A program made the position numbers and the translations under genes. The notes beneath the pieces were generated by a model that worked only from the letters and a program-made list of their open reading frames with translations, had not been told where the DNA came from and searched no databases. Positions 27,310 to 39,303 of a DNA stretch of 64,000 nt are shown here, piece by piece. The stretch spans positions 33,356,001-33,420,000 of the forward strand of contig NC_043006.1 in the NCBI RefSeq assembly GCF_006345805.1, read 5' to 3'. The DNA comes from Octopus sinensis. Lineage: Eukaryota. The number at the start of each line of letters is the position of its first letter. Positions within the stretch are counted from its first letter, which is position 1.

Positions 27310-27520
27310 CAGTGATTCTCAACCAGGGTCCAGGTGACCCCTGGGGACCCATCTAAGATTTTGTTGCTAAAATTTATTTGCAATAAACTGGTTATGCTTC
27401 TACAATACACAAAACATTTCATAATATTTAATATTGAAAATATGATTGTTTTTTAAACATCGAATGGCTAAGAAGGGCTATCAAAGGGATCCATAGGCAA
27501 AAACTGGCTGAGAAACCCTG
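27310..27520. mobile_element. hAT-like MITE (CAGTGNTTCTCAAC...GAGAANCCCTG type)
   Basis: Short TIRs of the CAGTGGTTCTCAAC class; related elements at about 4168-4350, 14958-15200, 37478-37735, 58832-59148 and 63460-63638. No intact target-site duplications seen. Confidence 0.6.
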
Positions 27521-27810
27521 ATCCTATATGGTCAATTAATAACACACGCTAAGATGCCTCTCTAAGGATGCTAAATGATAAAGTTTACATATGTTGTGTT
27601 GGGGCAAGTAGAAATAGTTACTTCTCAGAGTTGGCAAATGTGCACAACATATAAAGAAACAAACACAACCAACCAATGAAAGGAACTCGAGTTTATAACA
27701 CAAGGGCTGGGGTGGGGCAGGGGGTCGTTACACTACTTGTAACCAGCACACTGCCGAGTGGATGCCGTTACTTACAATAAAATTCAACAAATGACAAATT
27801 ATTAATGGAG

Positions 27811-28084
27811 CATGCAGTCAGACGACAGTATGAATGATTATTATTATTTATGTGCGTGTTTACGTTTGTTACATTAAAGATGAGTTTGAGCATATGTGTG
27901 TGTGTGTGTGTGTGTGTAAACTTAAATTTAAAAGAAAATATTTAAATAAAATACAGCATGCAGTCACAAAATATGTGAATGTAAAGAATATTTTACATAC
28001 ATATGGTGTGTGTATGTGTGTGTGTGTGTGTGTGTGTGAAGAAAGAAAACTAAATGAGACTTGAAGTTATGTCTTTTGCATGCA
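27811..28084 (-). promoter_or_regulatory. Three UGCAUG (Rbfox-type) motifs in the intron downstream of exon B
   Basis: CATGCA on the plus strand at 27811, 27957 and 28079, about 260-540 nt past the donor at 28347. Confidence 0.4.
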
Positions 28085-28347
28085 AGATATTCAATTAAGA
28101 ATCATCATAAACCAAAAATTATTTTCAACTCAGAAGTATTAAAGAAAAAAAAACTGAAGGATAAAGATAAAAGAAAGAGGACAAAGTGAAGATGAAAGTA
28201 AAAGAATCAACACCGTATTGGCAATAAAGATCATAATATTTGGAAAAAAATCATTAATAATAATAATAATAATAATAAAAGTAAAAAAATTAAACTCAAT
28301 ATTGCTGAGTGATGGCAATAATAGAGCTTTATATTGAAACCACTTAC

Positions 28348-28456
28348 CTGGATAACCATGTGGAGGAACACCTGGTCCACCGGCTCTCATCCCCATTGGT
28401 GGTGGTGGAGGCCCACCACTGCCCATCTGCGGTCCAGGGTATGGGGCTCGTGGTCC
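28348..28456 (-). CDS. Coding exon B, Pro/Gly/Met-rich (GPRAPYPGPQMGSGGPPPPPMGMRAGGPGVPPHGYP, phase 0-1)
   Basis: ttttttaatttattttgaag|GGACCA...TATCCAG|gtaagt. Sharp GC-rich island of 109 nt with protein-like low-complexity composition. Protein family not recognised. Confidence 0.85.
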
Positions 28457-29645
28457 CTTCAAAATAAATTAAAAAACATTCTCCCACTAGACAGCCACAA
28501 GTAAGGTTGATTGAAGTTAGAAAGAGGTGTGTCTAAGTCACCTCTCAGCATACAACTGGGTTCTCTTCCAAAACTTAATATCAACTCAAAAAAACTTTCT
28601 GAGGTGAAAGATGATTGTAAAACAGATGAAAATAACTCCCAGAAATCTGCTGGGTGTTAACAAACTGGAGAAAAATACCCAGTATCATACAATACAATAA
28701 TTTAATCAGGCTGAACCACTTGACTGTTAACCAAAAGTTTCTGACATCAAGCTAGCGATATTGGACTGACAGTAAATTCACTTAAGACCCAATACACACA
28801 ACATATATATTCATTGAGGTACAAGAACGAAACCCAGTTGAGTGTCAAAATACATCTGGCAGCTGAAGAATAGTTGAAGCCCATCATAAAACGGATCATA
28901 GCCATAAGGGTGTTTTTGCATCAATTATAACAGATTCTTAATATTGACTTTTAGAATTGATATTAGAATCTCAATTCCTCTTATTCCAGCCTATTTCACT
29001 AGTTAACTTGTTGAAAATTTGTCATGGTTCCACCTCTTTTTTATCATCTTCTTCACTGCCATCTAGAAGGAATTACTAAATGTAGGAATGAAACTCAACT
29101 AAATTACCCTCTCCAAACTTCTGAAAAATATACTAAATCAGTTATTGATTAATCATTAGATTGTACAAATGACACCAACTATACTGACAGTGCAAGCACA
29201 AGCCGTGCAGGTGCTTACATCTGGCCCCAAAATAAAAACTGAAAATGTGTGTTCATAAAGAGAAAAATCTTTGAGATGTAAGTGGCACACACACACACTT
29301 AAAATGCTTGACCATCAATGAATCAATGCTTCTCTTTCCATTTTGGTAAAAGGAATACCTCTGGAAAACTTATTTTGAAAAATTTAAACCTAATTATGGT
29401 CACCCAGTCAAATATCCAGCCAGAAATCTGAGTTGATAATTTCAGATACAAATATAACAACCACAACACTGGGATCTAGCTAAAAAGAATAATATATATT
29501 TATACATAATAATCATTTGCTCTTTGTAAATTGAATTAAATCTCTTTCTTTCTTTCTTTCTCTCCCTCTCTCTCTCTCTCCACAAAGCAACATCAAGAAT
29601 ATGAAAGGCACAACAAAAACTACATTCTTCAAAAATCTTCCTTAC

Positions 29646-29669
29646 CTCCAATAACCTTTGAAACAGAAA
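29646..29669 (-). CDS. Candidate 24-nt microexon (FLFQRLLE, phase 0-0)
   Basis: gtctttcag|TTTCTGTTTCAAAGGTTATTGGAG|gtaagg: strong donor but short pyrimidine tract; a competing AG would give a 10-nt exon. Confidence 0.3.
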
Positions 29670-29949
29670 CTGAAAGACTTAACATGTACACAGACACAAC
29701 ATATGTAACAGCATTAATAATAACAACAATAATAACAATAATCCTTTCTACTACAGGCACAAGGCCTGGAATTTTGAGGGGAGGGGAGAAGTTGATTACA
29801 TCAACCCAAGACCTGAACTGGTGCATATTCTGTTGACCCCAAAAGGATGAAAAGCAAAGCTGACCTCAGTGAGATTTGAACTTGGATTAATAAAGACTGG
29901 AAAAAACGCTGCAAAGCATTTTGTCCACCACACTAATGATTAGTTTCGT

Positions 29950-30170
29950 TAGAGTGGTGAGATGGCAGAATCGTTACCACACCAGGGAAAAAGCTTAGCA
30001 GAGTTTCTTCTCACTTTACGTTGTGAGTTAAAATTCTGCTGGGATTCACTTTGCCGTTCATCCTTTCAGGGTCAATAAAATAAATACCAGTTAAACACTG
30101 GGGCTGACGTAATCGACTTATCCCCTCTCCAGAAATTGCTGGCCTTGTGCCACAATTTGAAATCAAAGAT
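29950..30170 (+). mobile_element. SINE family A in plus orientation, adjacent to a minus copy at 29742-29940
   Basis: gatggcagaatcgtta...gagttaaaattc...ttcatcctttcagggtcaataaaa...ggccttgtgcc; the only clear plus-oriented copy I found. Confidence 0.8.
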
Positions 30171-30302
30171 TGTGCAATAACAATGTCAATACCAGTTAAT
30201 AACCGTACTAGGAAACATTAAATTGTAATGATTTTGGAATGCTACAGTTTGTTGCTACTCTCTTGGTCTCTCCACCAATAACACCAATAAATAGATACTT
30301 AC

Positions 30303-30323
30303 CTCAATCTGCAATACGGCCAA
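30303..30323 (-). CDS. Candidate 21-nt microexon (LAVLQIE, phase 0-0); a 6-nt version (IE, 30303-30308) is also possible
   Basis: tttcatttatcttatttaaaag|TTGGCCGTATTGCAGATTGAG|gtaagt: consensus donor, frame-preserving between exons A and B. Confidence 0.45.
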
Positions 30324-31542
30324 CTTTTAAATAAGATAAATGAAACACATATTGGCCTGATACAATTAAAATTATGCACAGACTGAAACCGGTAAGGTTA
30401 ACAGAATGAATAAAAATCATGATAAACAAAAAGGTAAAATACAAATCGAAAATTGACAAGGGTTCCAGCTGATCCGACCAACAGAACAGCCTGCTCATGA
30501 AATTAATGTGCAAGTGGCTGAGCACTCCACAGACACGTGTACCCTTAACGTAGTCCTTAGGGACATTCAGTGTGGCACAGAATGTGACAAGGCTGGCCCT
30601 TTAAATTACAGGTACTACTCATTTTTGCAGGATGAGTAGACTAGAGCAATGAGAAATAAAGTGTCTTGCCCAAAAACACAATGTGACACCAGGTATTGAA
30701 CTCACGAGCTTACGATCATGAACCAAATGCCCTAACCACTTAGCCATGTGCCTTCACTCCTTTCCAATACCTATTTTGTCAAAGTCCTTTATTTTAATGA
30801 AATTAAATTTCAATTGAATCCAGTCACCTGCACATTTACTCATGAATACTTGCATATTTTCGGAGTATACATAAAATACAATAATAAAATATCCATTTAA
30901 GTCTTTACTAATTAGAATATAACAAACAGAAAAGAAGAAAAGGTAAAAATGAAGAGTGTAACAGTTATGCCTTTTCTCAAAAAAAAAAAAAAAAAAAAAA
31001 CATTAAATGCAATAAGATGCAATTCCAATTATAAATTAATTACTAAAATTTTAATGCAAATGATATTAGATATCATAAACAGCAAATGATTTGAGATAGA
31101 AAAGGCCGACAGACATAACTAAAAGAACTTAAACGATGCATTTATTACTTGCCATACCATCAAATTACCGATTCCACAGGAAGGTTTGGTATATTATTAC
31201 TATAACTGTAATATGTTATCTGCACAAGATAATAATTTGTCAGCTACTTAGCACTAGCAAGTCAGGTTAGTCTACTAAATGTTCAACACAGCAAGGGGTC
31301 CTTCTTTGGTTTGATGGTTGCCTGGCAAATACGAGATAAGTAGTTCAAGTCCAGTGAGTGTGCATGTTGTTCCTTTTCTGTCTCAAATGGGTGTTTATGA
31401 TATCAAATACCACAAGTCATTTCAGATGGGAATAGATCCAAAGTTGCAGAAAAGAATTTCAGAAACCCATATTCCAACTTTACTATTTCCTGTCACTGAC
31501 CAAGTAATTCAGCCGTTTGACCAGCACCTAAAAAGATTCACT

Positions 31543-31987
31543 AAGCCCTTTAGCATTTAAACCAGCCATATCCAGCACAAATATTCTGGTTCATGTTCAG
31601 ACCAGCTAGATCTGGTTTCTTACACCTACCCTATAATGTCAATCTAAAATATAAACAATTCCACCATGAAAATCTTGAAGCTGTAAGATAATCCATGATT
31701 AATTCAAAGCAATGTGAATTAATAAGTTTTACATTTGACAGAGGAATCTGGATGCTAAACAGTTATCTCTTCAGCATTTAGATTCCTCTGTCAATTGTAA
31801 TATTTAATTTATTCACATTGTTTTGAAGTAATCATGCATTATCTTACAGCTTTGCAATTTTCATGATGAGATTATTTATATTTTAGAATGACAATGTAAG
31901 GTAGGTGTAAGAAGCCAGATTGGGCTGGTCTGAACATGAAACAAGTAAAAGATTTGGGCCAGATGTGGCCTGTTTAAATGGGGTTAA
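31543..31987. mobile_element. Tail-to-tail inverted pair of family-1 piggyBac-like MITEs
   Basis: Centre reads tgacagaggaatctggatgct...agcatttagattcctctgtca; the arms pair outward for about 215 bp. Confidence 0.7.
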
Positions 31988-34900
31988 GCTGGTTTTTAAA
32001 TGCACATACACACAATTCATTCGTTTAATTGCAATAGCTTGCCACAGTGTGAAACTTCACCCAAAAAGAAATTGATGAAGAAAACAATTCAGTTTGGAAC
32101 TGTCACTGAAGATACTAATACAAAATGGTACCAACAATAATATAAGGTACTCTTATACTAATAAAAACATTTAGGTACCAGTGGAATATTCAAACTGCTT
32201 ATATTCTAAAGTTTCAAAAGTTACACAGGTATTTAAAATTATGTACAACAAATAAAAATAATAAGAAGATTCAAAAAATAAACTTGCTATACAATACAAA
32301 TATACATATCTGGAAAATTCATTGCAAACATTTTTGCCATGTATCATGAGAAAATTTGCTGTAAGAAATTTCACCGTATGGACAATGATAAAGTGCATTA
32401 TATCAGAATCTTTTAAAATAAAAAGACAATGATAAAAGGTTTTATAAAAGCATTAAATAAGCAAGTCCTTATTCAACATCAGACATTAAAAAAACATGAT
32501 ACGGTCATCTAAAACTTGAAAATTCCAAGCAATGCTGCACAAATAATGTACTTTTTGCTGTGGATTGTATTGAAGCATTTGTCTCGAATGTTCTACATTA
32601 ATATCACTATACTTGTCCTTTGTTTTTTGTTTGTTTTTTTATAGCAAATTTTGCTACACCAAAATTTCTTACAGCAAAATTTCCAGTAACGTCAAATATA
32701 TACTTTAGAAAAAAAATTGAACGAAAGGTAATACATGGCTTGAGTCTCTCCGTAATTACTTGACAGAATTCTTAAAATGAACATTAGTAGATAATTAATT
32801 GCATTTGAAGAATCACATTGACCACGTGACCAAACAAAATAATGAAGATCAAACCAAAGTGATACCAAAATATATTATACTATTAAACTAGATTGTACAA
32901 TAGAGCATGTCCAAAATGCTGGGTCTATGTTATTTAAAGGCTTCTAGCAAATATTTTAGCTATCTTCAAGGATAACTTACAGTTCTTTAAGACCACCATT
33001 GATTCTAAACAAATCCTATAGTCAATCACAAACTTTGTTTCTATACTCTTTAATCAACCATTTCCTTCTTTTATATTTTTTTAAACCTTTCCTTCTGCCA
33101 TCTTGGTCAAGTACCAAGGGTGTTGTGAAATAGGGTAGGAATATAGGGAAAATGTAAATTATATTACATTTATGGTACCCTGTTACAATACCTAAAAACT
33201 TTCAGTTCAAATTCTATAAAATCAGCTCAGAATTTTAATAAAATGGGAACCAACAAAACATATTTAAACTGAGTAGAGATACACCAAGGAACTTTCACCA
33301 AAGTTTGGTTGAGTGCATTGGCATAACATCGATAACTGTTTAATTTGGATTTAAAGCAACTCAAAAGTATAAATCCTTCAAGAAAGTTGAGTTCCATAAC
33401 AGACAGCTGACACTTGCAGCGTATCTATCACATTCAACTCTACACCTGTTTTCATATACCTAGCTACTAAGTATTCATCTTTACCCCATTTACAACTGAG
33501 AATTATCAGTTTGTAAAGACAAGACTAAGCTGACATAGAACCTTTTACTCTAGGGATGTTACACTTCTCAATGCAAACATTAAGACTGGAAAGTGGCTAA
33601 GACCAATTATATTCTTATAACTAAATTATTAATTAATTTTGTTGTCTCATAGATAAAACTAATTTATCTACTTGATTTTCTGTATTTAATATTTGTGCCC
33701 CAGTATCAAGTCAAATTCTAGTGTAGATACCATGCAACTGCACATGATAACAATAAAGGAATTGTTCAGTTTTAAGTGTGAAATGCTGTTAAAATGAATT
33801 ACCATGAGCCTGTAGCTGACATAGGAATAATTTAACAGAATGAGAAATTGAATAGCTAATTAAAAGTTGGTTTTAGATCAAAGCAATTGACATGTTAATA
33901 CCATTAACTAAACTAAACACCAGTTACATTCACTAGAGTAGTTGACAATGTAAATGGTAACTGGTTGTTTATTAAGGAAAAATATACTTGCTCCAACAAT
34001 TTGCACACAGCCATCAGTAGCCAGCTAAATTAGTTATTTTAATTTGATGGTACCTTTTCATTACTGATTTCAAATTTTGGCACAAGGCCAGCAATTTTGG
34101 GGGTGGGCATAAGTCAGTTACACTGACTCCAGTGTTCAACTGGTACTTATTTAATTAACTCCAAAAGGATGCAAAGCAAAGTTGACCTTGGTGGAATTTG
34201 ATCTGTGAACATACAGCCTCAAGAACAGTGACAGAACCTCTTCATTATTAGCAAGTAACATAAGTCATGTGACTAACATAACACCACCTCCTGTTTGCAG
34301 ATACTTTGACAATTGCAGAGAAATGAAAAAAAAAACAAAAAAACACTTGAATGATTGAAACCATATCAATGCTAAGCCATATTCTTTTTGATTCTTTGAG
34401 TTCAATAGCCATACCTTCTTGATATAGTACAATAGAATTCAACAAAACCATTCTGAACAAACTGTCTTCATTGCATATACACTAAGAATCTCCAGTTGTT
34501 AACAATTGAAAAACTCTTTAGATATTATGATGGTAGATACTGTAGTAAAAATGGTAGGGCAGTAGCTATGACATTTTGCAGGGCACCTAAGATTGGTGGC
34601 TGAAAATGGAAGACATTATGTTTTGTGGGCGACTGGGGACCTGGTACTTATTAGCCTTTGTATAATATTCCCAAATTGGTTTTAATCTTTTGTCCTTTTC
34701 TTAGTTTGAAAAAAGTACCAGCTTCAATGAACAGTGGTTTATATATTGAAGATAAGATGGCACAAAACTGAACAATAAAGACAGATATTTCACCATTTTC
34801 TTTCACAAAATGATACAGACACATTAACATAAGCAAGCAATGCAGGCATATTAAGAATAAAGCCATGCTTTCTAATCAATAATTTTAAATTTACAAGGCA

Positions 34901-35574
34901 AATGGAAAATATCTTAATATAACCTTCAGAAACACTATTTTAAATATTAGCAAAATACAAGACAATAGCAACTATGGTTGATAAAACTCAACTACAAAGA
35001 ACTAAACAGCCAAAGTAACATCAACAGTTTATAGACACCATAAATGAAACACACACACATCCCTGTTTTTTTTTTCACTTAATGTGTTTTCTGTGATTGA
35101 GATTTGAACATGAAAAAAAGAAATATATATATATTCTTTTATTATTATTATTATTCTCATCCAAGATGGAGATTGAGTACCAATGTGGTACTCATCTCCA
35201 TGGGGCAGGCTTGGTAATTGCTGGGCTTGTTAACCCACAAATAAAGAATATTTATCCAACAATGCAGTGTTGACTACTCAGTCTCACCAATATATATATG
35301 TATTGGTGAGACTCACAACCAGCAAAAGTGCTGAAAATAATTTAAAATTTCAGACTCGCTCTAAATTTAGTTAATGTTTCCAGGCTTTATGCATATAAAA
35401 ATGCTCATTTTCAACAACATATCATCATTTGATGTCAGTATTCTATGGTGGCATGGGTTTGAGGAGTCAACATTATTCAATTAACCAGAGGACTGCATTG
35501 GAATCCACTGTCTAAAGCAGGATGCCCTTCAAAACACCAATATTTTATTTATATATATATATATATATGATATG

Positions 35575-35789
35575 CACTATTTGTTCCATTCATTTGACTG
35601 TGGCCATGCTGGACCATTGCCTTTAGTCGAACAAATCGACCCCAAGACATTTTTTGTAAGCTTAGTACTTATTCTATCGGTCACCTTTGTTGAACCACTA
35701 AGTTACAGGGACATAAACACCAACATCAGTTGTCAAGCAATGGTGGAGAGATAAACAGACACAAACACACACATATGTGTATATATGTG

Positions 35790-35833
<44 letters not shown>

Positions 35834-35985
35834 TAATGGGCTTCTTTCAGTTTTCATCTACTAAATCTACTTATAAGGCTTTGGTTGACACGGGGCTATA
35901 GTAGAAGACACTTGCCCAAGGTGTCAAGCAGTAGGACTGAACCCCAAACCAAGTGGTTGGTAAGCAAGCTACTTACTACTCACAG
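35575..35985 (-). mobile_element. tRNA-derived SINE family B, minus copy
   Basis: Reverse complement of family B. Others at about 38300-38610, 39590-39745, 46865-47250, 53470-53615, 54660-54990 and 60350-60720. Confidence 0.8.
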
Positions 35986-36814
35986 TTATCACCAACTGCA
36001 TAATTAGTATATTAAGAAACTAAATAGAAACAGAAGGGAAAACACGGATTTTAATCAATATATAAGCTCTATATCATGTATTGAGTACTTTTCCTTCCTT
36101 CTGGATACTTAACAGCATATATACATTATATACACACATATTTCCAAATAGTACAGAACATTTGCTCAGAACCCGGAAATTGCTTGGAGAAACAAGGCAC
36201 GTAATAAAAACCTGCCAAGACACAGCAAGGAATCATTAGCAGCTCTGTTCTTTATACTATGTACATTAAATTACATATAGGCATATGCACAGAATCAGAA
36301 ATTGCTATGACCCCTTTTCACAGGTGATAGTGACATGGAAAATGCACCCAGTACACTGTAAAGGAGTTGGAGTTAAGATCAGGGCATAGAGTTATAGAAA
36401 CCATGCCAAAGCAATCTGGAGTACGATGCAGTCCTTGGGCCCATTAGGTCCTGTCAAGCCAATGCAACCCATGACAGCATGGAAAACCAACATTAAACAA
36501 TCACACACACATTTACATGAATGTATAAAAGCAAACTATTCTTGCACAATCTCTTTCTCTTGTCTTTTGATGTGTAATAAAAGAAAAGAGGAAAAGTCTA
36601 TGGAACCAGCCAATAGAACTAAAATAATCAGCATGTCAACCAACACAAAAGATAAATAAAGGAAACAAAAAAAAAATGTTTGAGAAAGTAATAAAAAAAG
36701 CCAACCAATAAAGACTAACAAACACAACAAATGTGAAAAAAAAAAAAAATAGAAGGAGGCAGGAAACGGAGACGCACGCACAGAGCAACAGAGGGTCGAA
36801 TAAGTAAGTCTTAC

Positions 36815-36889
36815 CTTCGGATGATTGATAACGCCACCATCCTTTTCCATTGAGTTCTTGTGGAAATTGGGCTGGCGGAACCGCTCCTG
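36815..36889 (-). CDS. Coding exon A (QERFRQPNFHKNSMEKDGGVINHPK, phase 0-0)
   Basis: GC-richer island; donor CCGAAG|gtaaga; acceptor gtaactgttcttgtacggctcag|CAG (NAGNAG). 75 nt, joins exon B in frame. An alternative acceptor at 36925 adds THTWCNCSCTAQ in frame. Confidence 0.72.
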
Positions 36890-37018
36890 CTGAGCCGTAC
36901 AAGAACAGTTACACCATGTATGTGTCTGCTAACAGATTGATGCCATCCTCACTCCCTCATTCACATACACACACACACACACACACACATGCACAATGTT
37001 TGTGTATGTAATACATAC

Positions 37019-37311
37019 ATTATTTACATTTGATGAATATTTGTCCTCATCTTGTTTGTTAACACAACGTTTCGGCTGATATACCCTCCAGCTTTCATCA
37101 GGTGTCTTGGGGAAATTTCGAGCCTGGGTTTTCGTTCCTAAGGTATTTTTCGATATTATTATTATTCAGGTCACTGCTTGGAATCAAACTTGGAATCTTG
37201 GGGTTAGTAACCTGTGCTCTTAACCACTACGCCATATGCCCAAGGGTATATCAACCGAAACGTGTTAACAACAAACAAGATGAGGACAAATATCCATCAA
37301 ATGTAAATAAT
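37019..37311 (-). mobile_element. Composite non-autonomous retroelement: tRNA-like head, (AAT)n, hammerhead, tail, plus an inverted tail copy
   Basis: Arms 37019-37086 and 37244-37311 are near-perfect reverse complements. Minus-strand 37240-37165 carries A-box-like TGGCGTAGTGG and B-box-like AGTTTGATTCC. Confidence 0.65.
37061..37106 (-). ncRNA. Minimal type-I hammerhead ribozyme motif (Penelope-type), probably partly decayed
   Basis: GACAC-CUGAUGA-A-AGCUG-gagggUAUAU-CAGCC-GAAA-CG-UU-GUGUU. Stem I GACAC/GUGUU, both core boxes, palindromic AACGUU stem III. The base of stem II is an A-C mismatch. Confidence 0.7.
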
Positions 37312-37737
37312 GTACATAATTCCTCATCTCTTAAATACAGAACTATGTAATACATGTTTGTATATAAATATCATAAAAGAACCAAAAACTAACGTCAAAA
37401 GAAAAAAAAACTAGAGAAAAGATTTAACAAAAAAATAAGCCATGCCATTAATTTTGTAGTTTTTTGTTTGTTTACACCATTGTTTCTCAACCCTTTTTTT
37501 GCCTGTAGACCCCTTCCATTCCTATTTTACTCTACCGGAACCTCATAGCCATTCAATGTTTAAAAATCCTTTTATGTTTTTATAATTAAAAATTATTAGG
37601 AAATATATAAAAAAAAAAGATTATTACAATATTTGGTGTATTGAAGAGTTCTAAACAATTTATTCCAGATTAGCTTTAACCAAAATCTTCTATGGAACCC
37701 CAAAGCCCGTATGGACACCAGTTGAAAAACTACTGCT

Positions 37738-37962
37738 TTAACCATTTTTATATATATTTTGAGATGCTCTGTGTTTGTTTCAATTAATTTTGAATATAAT
37801 GAAGAATTTAGTAAAACAACTTAGTTATCATTCAGCTACTGTTAGGAACATAAATTGTGACTAAGGTTTGGTGGAAGATTTTAATTCAAAACTTATGAAA
37901 ACAAAACATTTGTACTACGGAGCTAGAGGTGGTTTCAGCCATGTTGGTATTGAAAGGGTTAA
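37738..37962. mobile_element. piggyBac-like MITE, family 2
   Basis: TTAA flanks, GAAAGGG right end, internal sequence shared with 20693-20915. Confidence 0.7.
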
Positions 37963-39262
37963 ACTTTTAGGGTGGGTAAACTTGCAAAAAGAAGAAAAAA
38001 ACTTCTAGGATTATAAGCACTAAATAAATTCATAGTAGCAGCTCCCATGTGATACTTTACTCTAAACTGAAATTACATTTGCAATTAGAAGACCCCAAAA
38101 GAAGTGTTCAGAATCAAAGACCAAGCCATGCCACACTTCACTGGGAATAATATGGATAGTACTTAGGTCTCATGCAGAATGTCTGTTCCTTGTATTTCAG
38201 TGAAAACTCTAGAAAGAACAGCATATTATACACAGATATAATACATACATACACATGAACTACATAATTATATATACACACACACACACACGCACACAAT
38301 TTGTTTCAGTTCTTGGAGTGCAGTGATGCTCGGGCACCACTTTGGAGAGTTTAGTCAAATTGGTCCCAGTGCTTAGCTTTTTTTTTTTTTCTGTTTAAGC
38401 CTGGTAATTATTCTATCAGTCTCTTTTGCCAAACCACTAAGTTACAGGGATTTAAACACAACAACACTGGTTGTCAAACACACACACATATCTTTGGTTG
38501 GCCTAAGGCTATAGTAGAAGACACTTACCCAAGGTATCATACAGTGGGACTGAACCCAGAACCATGTGGTTTGGAAGCAAGCTTCTTGAGACACAATCAC
38601 ACCTGTGCCTATACATATATATAGGTCGAATAGCTCCTAATTCAAATATGCATATACACACATTCCAGTTAGACACTCACGGTCTAGATTCATTCTTTGA
38701 TATAAATCCATTTCTTTCAGATACTACTACTACTACTACTACTACATAAGTTGATGAAGTTGTCAGACAATAAAATGAATGTTGCATTCTGTCAGCGTAA
38801 ACCACAAAATAGGAGTGCTGACACTTAACTGTCAAAACAGGTTGTCCTAACTGCAAATAAGTCGTTTGGTGGTATGCACAGGACCTGACTAAAAGTGCAT
38901 ATGTAAACCTAATGCATTTATTAGTTTGTGTTATTGCACTTCTTATCAGAATATAAAGTTACTTGGCATCCTGTCTGGCAAATCTTTACTTTTCAACTGC
39001 TTAACAATGCACAAACCAAAGATAAGAACCACTTCAATAGTTACAGATTTTTAAAATAGGGATTAAATCTTTTGTCAGGAAGAACTACCATAAGGCATCT
39101 CTGCCAACACACCAACGATTCTGTCACTGTCCCACCTGCAAAGCAACAGGAAATTAAGTGTTGCTCAAGAACGCAACATGCCGCCCAGTCCAAAAATCAA
39201 ACCCATGATCTAGTGACCATGAGCACAACACCCTAACCATCAGGCCATGTGCTTTTACACAC

Positions 39263-39303
<41 letters not shown>

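Noticed and set aside
28348-36889. Gene symbol for the host gene
   Set aside because: I compared the peptides from memory with several Pro/Gly-rich families (SSBP, SMARCD, SS18, CDIP1, QKI, Rbfox) and none matched convincingly; left unnamed.
36636-36902. Alternative frame of exon A (GKGWWRYQSSE) suggesting a WW-like domain
   Set aside because: Spacing does not fit a WW domain, and this frame would put exon B out of its Pro/Gly-rich frame.
37165-37240. tRNA genes (here and at other SINE heads)
   Set aside because: A/B-box-like motifs are present but cloverleaf stems are incomplete and they run into SINE bodies or tails.
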